From positions 8,629,269 through 8,666,404 of the forward strand of contig NC_068981.1 of assembly GCF_001194135.2 (NCBI RefSeq): DNA of 37,136 nucleotides, read 5' to 3'. Made by a program: the position numbers and the translations under genes. Positions 1 to 10,020 of this stretch are shown here, one piece after another. The stretch is from Octopus bimaculoides (taxonomy: Eukaryota). Position 1 is the first letter of the stretch. Every line of letters begins with the position of its first letter. A model generated the notes under the pieces. It was given only the letters and a program-made list of their open reading frames with translations, had not been told where the DNA came from and ran no database searches.

Positions 1-49
1 ATACACACATACATATACATATATATATATATATATTTATATAAAGGGC

Positions 50-360
50 ATTATTACAGAAAATAATAACGCCACACAGTGGACTTCTCAAAATAACCAC
101 ATTTAGTACCTAATGCGAGGAAAAAACAACCAACAGAAGACGACCAACTTTCTTTTAAATAAACTTAAGTGTGTATCGGCCGATTTCGCGATTACTAGAA
201 TGAATCTAGATTTCGTTCATCAGCACAGTATTGTCCCAAAAATTTATATAAATAAACAGAATTCTCACCTCACCAAAAACGAACACACTACGTATCCGTC
301 AGAGTAAAGGGAATGAAGTTTATCTGTATATATCTTCATCAAAGAAGCGGGAATACTTCC
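50..360 (-). mobile_element. Putative PLE pseudo-LTR / non-autonomous repeat hosting a hammerhead ribozyme
   Basis: Non-coding segment bounded by (TA)n tracts on both sides and containing the hammerhead motif at 170-227; boundaries approximate. Confidence 0.4.
170..227 (-). ncRNA. Minimal type I hammerhead ribozyme (Penelope-type)
   Basis: Minus strand reads TGTG-CTGATGA-a-cga-aat-ctaga-ttcat-tctag-taa-tcg-c-GAAA-TCGGCCGA-T-A-CACA: stem I TGTG/CACA, intact core CUGAUGA and GAAA, extended stem II, palindromic stem III, NUH triplet AUA. Confidence 0.75.
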
Positions 361-440
361 GGGCTGCTTATATATATATATATATAAATATATATATATG
401 TATATATATATACGTATATATGTATACGTATGTATATATA

Positions 441-1160
441 TCATCATCATCATCATCGTGTAATGTCCGTTTTCCATGCTAGCATGGGTTGGACGGTTTG
501 ACTGAGGTCTGGAAAGCCAGCGGCTGCACCAGGCTCCAATCTGATCTGGCAATATTTCTAGAGCTGGATGCCCTTCCTAACGCCAACCACTCCGAGAGTG
601 TAGTGGGTGCTTTTTACGTGTCACTGGCATGGGAGCCAGTCAGGGGGCCACTGGCATCGACCACGTTCGGATGGGGCATTTTACGTGCCACCAGCACGGA
701 AGCCAGCCAGGTGGCACTGGCCACAGCTACGATATTGGTTTTACTTGACTCAACAGGTTTTCCCAAGCATTTCATATCGCCTGACGCATCAAGACTACTT
801 TTAAACGGGCCACACGTGCAACACTGGCATAAGCCATGGCTGCAATCTCACTTTAATTGCCGGGTCTTCTCAATCACAGCATATCTTCAAAGCTCTCGGT
901 CTCCTGTCATTGCTTCTGTGAGGCCCAGCCTTCGAAGGTCATGCTTCACCACCTCATCCCATGTTTTCCTAGGTCTACCTCTTCTACAGGTTCCCTCCAC
1001 TGCTAGGGTGTGGCACTTCCTCACACAGCTGTCCTCATCCATGCGTAACACCTGACCATACCAGCACAGTCGTCTCTCTTACACAACACATTTGATGCAT
1101 CTGATGTCCAACTTTTCTCTCAGAGCGCTCACACTATGAATATGAGCACTGTCACCACAC
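441..1160 (-). mobile_element. RTE-clade LINE, 5'-truncated 3' end (ORF C-terminus, 3'UTR, (GAT)n tail)
   Basis: Minus translation SVSALREKLDIRCIKCVV*ERRLCWYGQVLRMDEDSCVRKCHTLAVEGTCRRGRPRKTWDEVVKHDLRRLGLTEAMTGDREL*RYAVIEKTRQLK* (RTE RRL.WYG.V.RM..RGRP.KTW..DR..WR motif, in-frame stops); UTR with two ~68-bp units; tail (GAT)n at 441-457. Confidence 0.9.
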
Positions 1161-1164
1161 GCAG

Positions 1165-1202
<38 letters not shown>

Positions 1203-1262
1203 ACACACACACACATACACACACACACAGGCGCGCGCACACACACACACACACACACACGT
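1165..1262. repeat. (CA)n microsatellite
   Basis: Direct reading. Confidence 0.95.
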
Positions 1263-1823
1263 GCACATCCAGTGACATTGAAAGGAACACAGGCATCGCA
1301 TATATATATATATATAGATATAGACAGATAGATAAGATATAAAAATATATGTATATGTGTATNNNNNNNNNNNNNNNNNNNNNNNNNNNNNNNNNNNNNN
1401 NNNNNNNNNNNNNNAACTCCATATTTAAATGCTAATTCTACCTTGTGATTGAACTGGACAACAAATTCGCTTCGTTTCCATTACGATCTTAGTTGTGCAA
1501 CAATAAAATGTGAAATATAAGAAAAACAAAACAAAAAAGTTAAAAGCGGAACAAAGGGACAAAAACAAAAACCAAGCCAATTCATTAATTTTGTTATGAA
1601 AAAGAAAAAGAAATGCCAAATATCTCATTTAGCACCTTTACCAACTCTCGAGTGGTTTCACAAGTATTGGTGTTACTATAGCAACTAACCCCTCTCCCAC
1701 CACCGTTTTCTTCAACACAATATCTTTTACAACTGGCAATTTTCAAATGTTCCCACTTAAATTCAAACACAACAAACCACATGTCTACTATGTAAGATCG
1801 AGCTTTTGTGAGCTGGTAGGAAA

Positions 1824-2035
1824 GGTGGGCGGAGCTGGTAGAATCATTGGTGCAAAGAGCAAAATGCTTGGTGGCATTTCGTCTGTCTTTTTGTTCTGAG
1901 TTCAAATTCCACCAAGGTCGACTTTGCCTGTCATCCTTTCAGGGTTGATAAAATAAATACCAGTTGAGTACTGGAGTCAATGCAACTGACTTACCCCTTC
2001 CCACGAAATTGCTGGCCTTGTGCCAAAATTTTAAA
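1824..2035 (+). mobile_element. tRNA-derived SINE, family A
   Basis: ggcggagctggtagaatc head (A-box-like), gttctgagttcaaattcc (B-box-like), body gtcgactttgcc..gataaaataaataccagttgagtactgg, tail gccttgtgccaaaattt; six further homologues in window. Confidence 0.85.
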
Positions 2036-2039
2036 TAAT

Positions 2040-2048
2040 CATTATCAA

Positions 2049-2118
<70 letters not shown>
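2040..2118. repeat. (ATT)n-(ATG)n compound microsatellite
   Basis: Direct reading. Confidence 0.95.
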
Positions 2119-2120
<2 letters not shown>

Positions 2121-2142
2121 GGCAGAGAGCTGCCTTAATATT

Positions 2143-2352
2143 AAGGCAGCAAGTTGGCAGACTCGTTAGCATGTCTGGCAAAACACTTTGTGGCATTTCA
2201 TGTCTTGACGTTCTGAGTTCAAATTCTGCTGAAATCAACTTTGCCTTTCATCTTCTCAGGGTCGATGAAATAAGAACCAGTTGAATATTGGGGGTCAGTG
2301 TAGTTGACTAGACCCCCTTCTCTAAAACTGCTGGCCTATAGTAGAAAAGATT
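2143..2352 (+). mobile_element. tRNA-derived SINE, family A
   Basis: aaggcagcaagttggcagactcgttagc head, gttctgagttcaaattc, same body as 1824-2035, alternative end gtagaaaaga. Confidence 0.85.
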
Positions 2353-2484
2353 GTTATCATTTAGAGATAATTCTGGTTAATGGCTATGAAATTAATAAAT
2401 GCCCAATGAGGTTTGAAGGGGGAACATGGGGTTCAGAAGGGACTTGCAGTTAACAGTTTTGTTAATGATACATTAGGATACCTA

Positions 2485-2706
2485 ATGAAATTCATTGCTA
2501 ATGACCAGTGAAATTAATTGGTATAGCTTATGACATTAATTAGTATAACTTGTGAACTTAAGTGATATAATTTGTAAAGTTAGTATAGCTCGTGAAATTA
2601 ATAAGTAAAATCTGTGAAATTTATTAGAACAGCAGGTGAAATTAATTGGTATAACTTGTGAAGTAAGTTTGTATAAATTCATGATGAAATAGTATAAAAT
2701 GTGAAA
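2485..2706. repeat. Degenerate 22-bp minisatellite (about 10 units)
   Basis: Consensus gtgaaattaattggtataactt; unit starts near 2508, 2530, 2552, 2574, 2592, 2614, 2636, 2658, 2681, 2701. Confidence 0.75.
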
Positions 2707-2852
2707 GAAAAACCAGAGATACTGAGCGGGGATCAGAGTCAGTGGCTGTGGTTAGCTGAGAACAAAGCGAACGGTTTGACCTGTTTTCCTGTATTTACGA
2801 GGGAGGGACTGAAAATAGTTTGAATGATGTAACAATTTGTGACAAGAGGATA

Positions 2853-2894
2853 CCGCCGCCGCCGCCACCACCACAACCACCACCACCACCACTA

Positions 2895-2939
<45 letters not shown>
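2853..2939. repeat. Compound trinucleotide array (CCG)(CCA)(CTA)(CTG)
   Basis: Direct reading. Confidence 0.95.
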
Positions 2940-2941
<2 letters not shown>

Positions 2942-3090
2942 AACATCAATTGCCATTAAGAGTGACCTGTTAGCATTTTTACCAACTGTTTTAAATATTT
3001 AATGCAGTCATGAACAGGCCCCACCTTGGACCAGCAGAACACCTGTCATGTATCTATTATTTATCGTTCATTGATATCAATCCTCTTACG

Positions 3091-3305
3091 AAGGTAGTGA
3101 GCTGGCAGAATCATTAGCATGCCGGACAAAATGCTTAGCAGCATTTCATCCATCATTATGTTCTGAGTTCAAATTCCAACCAAGTTTGACTTTGCCTTAC
3201 ATTCTTTCTGGGTCAATAAAATAAGTACCAGTTGAGCTCTGGGGTTGGTGTAATCAGCTTATCCTCTACTCCGAACTTGTTAGCCATGCGCCAAAATTTG
3301 AAGTC
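3091..3305 (+). mobile_element. tRNA-derived SINE, family A
   Basis: aaggtagtgagctggcagaatcattagc..gttctgagttcaaattcc..gccaaaatttgaa. Confidence 0.85.
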
Positions 3306-3404
3306 AATATCTACCATCCAGGGACGGGCTGAGTGTATTAAGGGCCCTTGGGCATAACTGTTTACTGAGCGTCTAGCATTGATTTAATAGAGGTAACAGA
3401 GCTC

Positions 3405-3905
3405 TGTGACGGAGAATGATCGTCTTTGACGACTATTATTGTGAGCAGCAATCCAGAGGACGGAAAATGATACTTTGTCGGAACCATTATAGGGAGCAGG
3501 AATCCAGAGGACGGAGAATGATACACTGTGGCAAACATTATTGCAACCAGGAATACAGAGTATTGAGAATGAAACTCTGTAGCAACCATTATTGGGAGCA
3601 GGAATCCATGGGACGGAGAGTGATGTTCTGTAGCAACCATAATATTTGAACAGGAATACAGATGACGGAGAATGATTTTCTGTTCCAAGTATTATTGGGA
3701 GCAAAAATCCAAGGGACGAAGAATGATATTCTGTGGCAACTATTATTGGGAGCAGGAAACCCAATGTACGGAGAATGACACTCTGTGCCAACCATAATAT
3801 TGAGCAAGAATCCAGAGGACGGAGAATGGTCTTCTGTGGTGACAATAATTGGGAGCATGAATCCAGGTGACTCAGAATGAATGTTCTCCACAGCAATAAC
3901 ATGGG
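3405..3905. repeat. 51-bp minisatellite, 10 units
   Basis: Anchor acggagaatga recurs at 3409, 3460, 3511, 3562, 3613, 3665, 3716, 3768, 3819, 3870; consensus aatccagaggacggagaatgatactctgtggcaaccattattgggagcagg. Confidence 0.95.
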
Positions 3906-4506
3906 GTCCAATTTTTCCGATTCTGACTGAAGTCGGAATCCAACCTACCAATCAGACCCTCTTTCTTTTCCAGTTTTCTCTAGTCAATGCTGATCAAATC
4001 CCAACTTGCAGTTCAGCAGCAGCAGCACGAGCCACTGGCCTGCTTTCTTAATCCAAACCACCTTGGGACCTTCTCCGCAACTTCACTGACAGGATTTGTA
4101 GCCCTCCCTTCTGCTAACCTTTTTTTTTGGGGGGGGGGACTTTTGCTAAAAGTCTAGAATTTTCCAAGTATCTGATATGAACATTGTCTCTGATTTTTCC
4201 ATAAGTAAGAGATCAACATGTGGTGGTCGATGTCTCATCCTGTATATCAGCATAATAATAATAAGACCCCCCACCACCACCACCACCACCATCATACACT
4301 TTACTGTACCCTCCACACAAACGTTACAGTTTTCTGAACTTCATTATTAATGAAGCACTTCAATTATTGTCGAATAATTACTGTGATGCCAAAGACATCA
4401 AGTCTTATATAATCTAAAACAGATGTATTTACCAGAATAATTACAGATAATTAATTGTTATTTTTTGTTTATTATTCACTTCAGAAACTTTTGGCATTGT
4501 GCTAGA

Positions 4507-4670
4507 CTTGTTTAGCCCTAGGTCAAGCCAATCCTTGATTAAAACCTTCCAAACCCTGATTCTCTTCTGTTTTTACAAAAGGTGGAACTGGAAGGACATT
4601 TTTCTTCTGTTTTGACATGAAAGGTTATAGTTTGAGGTAAATTTAGCTGCTAATTCTATCAGACTAAATA
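4507..4670 (+). repeat. Interspersed repeat fragment (family D)
   Basis: ttgtttagccctaggtca..tttgaggtaaatttagctgctaattctatcag; reverse-complement relative at 26462-26530 (ctagaaatagcagtgaaatctccctc). Confidence 0.4.
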
Positions 4671-4994
4671 GAAGGTTGCTAGTTTGGTCAGTCCCAGACC
4701 GGTTCTTATTCAGAAATTCATGGAATGAACAGACTGGTATCAACATGGTAAAAACATGTTAGTTTTTCTCAATTTAAAGAAATTGTTTCAGCATATTTAG
4801 AGATAAATAAAAAAAAGCAACAAAGATATTCATTAATATATCAATTAGATTAATTAGAATGATTTATTCCTGAAGTTCTGATCAAACAAATTTAGAAGTA
4901 AAGAATTAGGAATCGGTAAAGTGTTGGAGCTTTGCTGGTGATGTCTTAGAATTAATTCAAGTTTGGAGAAAGTGAGTACAGAGTAGAATGAATA

Positions 4995-5165
4995 GGAAGA
5001 GGGTTGTGGTGGTGGGGATGAATATGGTAGTAATGATGATGATGATGACGATGAAGAGGAAAAATGACTGAAGAATGATGAAAAATTAGAACTGATGATA
5101 AATGATGAAGAATGATAACGAGTGATGGAGAATGATGACGATGACAATGATGATGATGACAACTG
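4995..5165. repeat. Degenerate (GAT/GAA)n low-complexity tract
   Basis: Direct reading. Confidence 0.85.
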
Positions 5166-5794
5166 AACAGAAACATTTATTTACAGATCAAAATGTTTTT
5201 TCACTTGGCCGTCAGCAAATGTGAAGAAAATACCAAACCTTAATGACATCTTGCTAAACGAAGTTGAAGAAATAATTAAAAGGCATTTGGAAAAATGAGA
5301 GCAATTGTATGTGAAGGAACCATGGAAGAATATATTTTGGTAAATACATGAAACTCGGCACAGCTTCCAACTGTGTCTAGGAATTGGTTTTATTGTTCAT
5401 TTTATCTTTTAATGAGTTTAAAATAGAAAACACACATTAGAGCCTAATTAATGAGCTAATTAATAAACTAGAGCTTCTAATTAAGAGTCAATCATAATGA
5501 GTTTCGTTTCTCTTTTTTTATAATGTAATCAGATGTTTATACGTTATATACATATGTATATGTATATATATATATACGCACACACTATTAAGCAATCTGT
5601 TGGACGAGGTTATACATTGCTGACCACAATGTGCTTTACATTGTTTTTANNNNNNNNNNTATATACATCTTTCTCTACATACAAACATATATAAGTGTGT
5701 GTATGTATATATATATATACGCACACACTATTAAGCAATCTGTTGGACGAGGTTATACATTGCTGACCACAATGTGCTTTACATTGTTTTTAAC

Positions 5795-6010
5795 CTTTGA
5801 AGGATGCCACCCCAGTGGCCGGGCGAGGAGGCCAACATTCTTCCTTGATTGGAAGACTATTTCTTTGCAGGTGACCCATTTACAGCTGAGTGGACTGGAG
5901 CAATGTGAAACAAAATGTTTTGCTCAAGAACACAATATTCCTCTCAACCTGGGAATCGAACTCACGATCTAGCAATCGTGAATACAATACTCTAATCATC
6001 AGGCCACATA
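5795..6010 (-). mobile_element. tRNA-derived CORE-like SINE, family C (tail 1)
   Basis: Minus: tgtggcctgatgattag (A box)..gagttcgattccc (B box)..ttgtgttcttgagcaaaacattttgtttcacattgctccagtccactcagctgtaaatggg. Confidence 0.8.
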
Positions 6011-6139
6011 CTTTCACGTATATATTCGTATATATGGCAGTAAAATTCAACAACTGTTCAATAACCCATCTACTGGATCTAGCGAATAAACGCATCTAAA
6101 TACCAACAAATGAGGTGTAAACCGCAATGAAAAACACCA

Positions 6140-6600
6140 ATTACGGTCAAATTATAATAGTAGAAATACTTATGATGTAGCTAACATGGTAACAACATCG
6201 GAAAATGAAGTCAGAACTGCCGTTTATACAAATAAATATGATAAATGCTCATGCAGCGAAAAATCAAAATGCCCACTGATGAACCTCTGTATGAGTACAA
6301 ATATTGTATATAAATGTACAATGCACACAAGGGGAGGGCCGTATGTTTACATTGTGTAGACGGCTGATTCATCTAAGAATCTTTATCGCAACCATGTTTC
6401 CAGCTTCAAAAGAATCAATAAGAGACATTCAACATCCTTGGTCGATTTTGTATGGCGACTGGAGGGAGGTAAAATTAAGTACAACATACCTTGGTTCATA
6501 GTAAGGCATGCGAAACCATTCAATATCATCTGTCTGTTCTGTGGATCAAAGAGAAGATCATTAACAGAGTTTCTGAAAGACTCTCGAGATGCCTACACGC
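6140..6600 (+). mobile_element. Penelope-like element, decayed GIY-YIG endonuclease fragment
   Basis: KCSCSEKSKCPLMNLCMSTNIVYKCTMHTRGGPYVYIV*TADSSKNLYRNHVSSFKRINKRHSTSLVDFVWRLEGGKIKYNIPWFIVRHAKPFN. Confidence 0.8.
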
Positions 6601-6700
6601 ATACAAATGTACTTTCGCGTAATGCAGTGGGAATGAATTCGAATAACTATTAACATAATTTACTTTAAGGTATGGATGAATTAAGTTTAGCTTTTTATAG

Positions 6701-6890
6701 TGGTTTCGATTCCTGGATCAGTTATGCAGTTAAACACTTCATTTCACGTTGCCCCAGTCCACTCAACTGACAAAAAGGAGTAACCCTGCGACGGACTGGT
6801 GTCCCGTCCAGGAGGGGAATATATACACCATGGAAACTGGGAAACCGGCCCTTATGACTCCTGCATAGCTCTAGAAGGAAACGTTATATA
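6701..6890 (+). mobile_element. Family C SINE (5'-truncated) with V-domain-like tail
   Basis: ggtttcgattcctgg (B box), cacttcatttcacgttgccccagtccactcaactg core, then aaccctgcgacggactggtgtcccgtccagg. Confidence 0.7.
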
Positions 6891-7089
6891 TTCATCTTTT
6901 AATCTGTCACACACACACGCACACACACACACACACACACATACACACAGCAAGGAATTGCTCATTATTAGCTATACCGAGTGAAAGCTGTTATCATGAA
7001 ATAAGAGCGTATGCAGAGATTAGTCACACTTATAATCGCACCACTTTTAATACATGTAAAACTGTTGTTTTATATAAAACTGGTTCTCT

Positions 7090-7378
7090 GTCAATTCCGA
7101 CGATAAGGGTTCCAGTTGATCTGGTCAATGGAACGGCCTGCTCGTGAAATTGCCATGCAAATGGTTGTGCACGCCACGGATACATCTACCCTTAACACAA
7201 GGATTCAGCATGACTCGGGATGTAACACGGTAGACCCTTAAAAACACATGGGAATGGACTGGAGCAACGTGAAATAAAGTGTCTTGCTCAAGCACACAAT
7301 GCACCACCAGCAGGAATCGAACTCATGGCCTTATTACTCTGAGCTGAACACCCTAACCACTAAGCCACAGGCCTTCAC
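7090..7378 (-). mobile_element. tRNA-derived CORE-like SINE, family C (tail 3)
   Basis: Minus: gtgaaggcctgtggcttagtggttagggtg..gagttcgattcctgc..cttgagcaagacactttatttcacgttgctccagtcca..caggccgttccattgaccagatcaactggaaccc. Confidence 0.85.
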
Positions 7379-7499
7379 TTAATATAGTAGATTTAGTAGG
7401 TCTAACACAATGACACCAGTAGAAATGGTTGATAGACGCCGCTGTCGTTAGTGCTGTGTTGTAGCATAGTTTCATTAAATATTTTCGATATGAAATCAC

Positions 7500-7700
7500 T
7501 AGCAAAGACACCATGGCACTCCTCATCCTTTGACTCAGTGGAGCATCCAAGAGGAGACTGCTGGAGAGAGTTATGACTGGTACCTCTCACAGCTAAGTAG
7601 ACTGAGGCAATGGGAAATGAAGTGTCTGGCTCAACAACCCATTAATCTGTCTGGCCCTGGAATTAATTGAACCCACAAACTTATGATTAGAAGCCAAAAG
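7500..7700 (-). mobile_element. Degenerate family C SINE (tail 4)
   Basis: Minus: gtgggttcaatt..gagccagacacttcatttcccattgcctcagtctacttagctgtgagaggtacc, then a tail unrelated to the other three. Confidence 0.55.
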
Positions 7701-8017
7701 GAAGAGAGTCAGTGACCATAAATGATGATGGTGGTGAGGTTGGTATAATTGATATAATGACACTGCACTGATGATGACAAATACCAGGAACTTGTTACTC
7801 AAACCTCAAACAGCCACAGTTTGAACATTTGCCTAATTAAGATGGTTATCGTTAATGATCAACTTATCATCAAACTACACATAATTAGTTTAGTAAACAC
7901 TAGTTTAATGGGATGTAATCATAAACTAGGTTAAATGGATGTCAATTGGGTAATTTTTGCTTTTGCTTGTCATCTGATCGTTTTCATAATGTTAGATGGT
8001 TTATGCACGCACACATA

Positions 8018-8022
8018 TGTGT

Positions 8023-8106
<84 letters not shown>
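8018..8106. repeat. (TG)n microsatellite
   Basis: Direct reading. Confidence 0.95.
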
Positions 8107-8109
<3 letters not shown>

Positions 8110-8237
8110 GAGACACAGATTGATCGATAGACAGTTGTATAAATATATAGATATACATGCATATATACATACCTACATACATATTTACATATGTATGTAT
8201 CTATCTATAAATACATGCACACGCACACACACACACA

Positions 8238-8276
<39 letters not shown>

Positions 8277-8282
8277 GTTATG

Positions 8283-8616
8283 AGAAAGGATCATCAGATA
8301 TTGAACCTCACTGAGATGACACATGACCGAGACTTCTGGCGATCTGCTGTACTTGAAAAGACATATCAAGCTATGTTAAAATGTGGCCATCCATACATTT
8401 AGGCATGTCCTTCACGGTCATATCTGCACCTTCGCCTCACACACACAAACATATTAATTTGTCACTGGCAAAACTCTCCCACAACCATCTTCCCAACCTC
8501 ATCACCCACTACACGCTCCTCCAGTTTCCTCTCAACATCACTTGCTATCTCTAAATATCTCCTTCAACTCCTTTGTGCTATTTATACTCGCCACCATTGT
8601 TCCCAATGCATAGGCC

Positions 8617-8620
<4 letters not shown>
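8283..8620 (+). mobile_element. RTE LINE 3' fragment (ORF C-terminus plus UTR)
   Basis: KDHQILNLTEMTHDRDFWRSAVLEKTYQA (from 8286) aligns with KHDLRRLGLTEAMTGDREL*RYAVIEKTRQ of the 441-1160 copy. Confidence 0.65.
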
Positions 8621-8658
<38 letters not shown>

Positions 8659-9099
8659 CGGCCATGATGAAATACCACAAGGTATAGAAAATACGTATTC
8701 GCCTTTATATATTTAATCCTTTATATTGAACACTCAATATTTCATCTATTCAATAAGACATATTCCATATATTCAATAAGACATTCAATACTTTATTTCA
8801 TAGTACCATCCATTTTTATTTTATATTATATATTGTATATTATATTATATANNNNNNNNNNNNNNNNNNNNNNNNNNNNNNNNNNNNNNNNNNNNNNNNN
8901 NNNNNNNNNNNNNNNNNNNNNNNNNNNNNNNNNNNNNNNNNNNNNNNNNNNNNNNNNNNNNNNNNNNNNNNNNNNNNNNNNNNNNNNNNNNNNNNNNNNN
9001 NNNNNNNNNNNNNNNNNNNNNNNNNNNNNNNNNNNNNNNNNNNNNNNNNNNNNNNNNNNNNNNNNNNNNNNNNNNNNNNNNNNNNNNNNNNNNNNNNNN

Positions 9100-9227
9100 T
9101 CACCTTCCTCTCCTTCCTTGTCCTACTGGGGCAGCCAAGTATCTCCTCTGTAATAAGACAGCTATCCTTGTCCCTCTATCATATTCTAGTCTCTCGCCTG
9201 GTGCACAGCCACTTCTCTCCGTTTCCC

Positions 9228-9277
<50 letters not shown>

Positions 9278-9385
9278 AAGTTAAGACACCCTTGTCTTGC
9301 AAGCCGTTTGGGACCCCACGGGCACGGCTATCACGTAAAAAGCGCCTGTGCTGGTGTCACATAATATGCACCTGCTGAGTACTCA
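9100..9385 (+). mobile_element. Probable RTE 3'UTR remnant
   Basis: cacgtaaaaagcgcc..gctggtgtcac matches the cacgtaaaaagcacc UTR unit of the 441-1160 element; may continue the 8283 copy across the gap. Confidence 0.4.
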
Positions 9386-9821
9386 GCTATTGAGCTCAGC
9401 TGGTAACAATTACCGTCAGTTTCAATGCTGAATAATAATAACAACGGTTTCTGGAATGCGACAATTTTTTATAAACAAACTTTTTGGAAGCGTTAGACAA
9501 AAAAGTAAATTTCGAACGCAGTATGGCCGTGAAAACAGCAAAACAATTGGGTATTTTACCCTTATAAGACAGAAAAAAAAAGTTGCGAGCAGACGGTACG
9601 GGTCCCGTTCGAACTTTACATTCCTGTCTGTGAAATACTAATATTTCATTGTTTTATAAACCACGTTCTCTCAATAGAAGTGCATTTCATCTTATAGCCC
9701 TACGCTTTCCATTCATTCATGTTGCATGTCATGCCAGCACCTTTCTCACATGCATAGCATATGTGTACTTATGCATATACACTATAAGCTATGTAAAACA
9801 TTGGGTGCGTCCATGGTTCAA

Positions 9822-9959
9822 TTTTATCAATTGATCGACTGAAAATATAGAGGACCACCACCACAATGCTATCGATCTCAGAGTGGAAGCAAATCAACTG
9901 TCAAAGAAAAAAACATCGTGGTGATGGTTCCTATATTTTCAGTCGATCGATTAATAAAA
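9822..9959. mobile_element. Small fold-back / MITE-like element
   Basis: Left ttttatcaattgatcgactgaaaatatagaggaccaccaccacaatg versus reverse complement of right arm ttttattaatcgatcgactgaaaatataggaaccatcaccacgatg; short spacer. Confidence 0.75.
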
Positions 9960-9968
9960 CTGAGTCAA

Positions 9969-10020
9969 GAATGCACCCAAATTCATATCTGAAACAGCTG
10001 TAAGCCTATAATAAATAAAT
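9969..10020 (+). ncRNA. 3' half of a PLE-type hammerhead (remnant)
   Basis: gaat..attcatatct-GAAA-CAGCTG-TA-agcc followed by aataaa; CUGAUGA half missing. Confidence 0.4.

Noticed and set aside
3405-3905. CRISPR-like periodicity
   Set aside because: Whole units are homologous with no unique spacers, no cas genes, eukaryotic context
3965-4100. Polypyrimidine-AG followed by GC-richer sequence
   Set aside because: No donor site or open frame of useful length
5560-5792. About 90-bp direct duplication either side of the 10-N gap
   Set aside because: Identical sequence at both contig ends of a minimal gap is most likely an unmerged assembly overlap
7320-7378. tRNA-like sequence with A and B boxes (also 5950-6010, 20190-20259, 28120-28180)
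   Set aside because: Heads of SINEs continuing into repeat bodies; no complete cloverleaf
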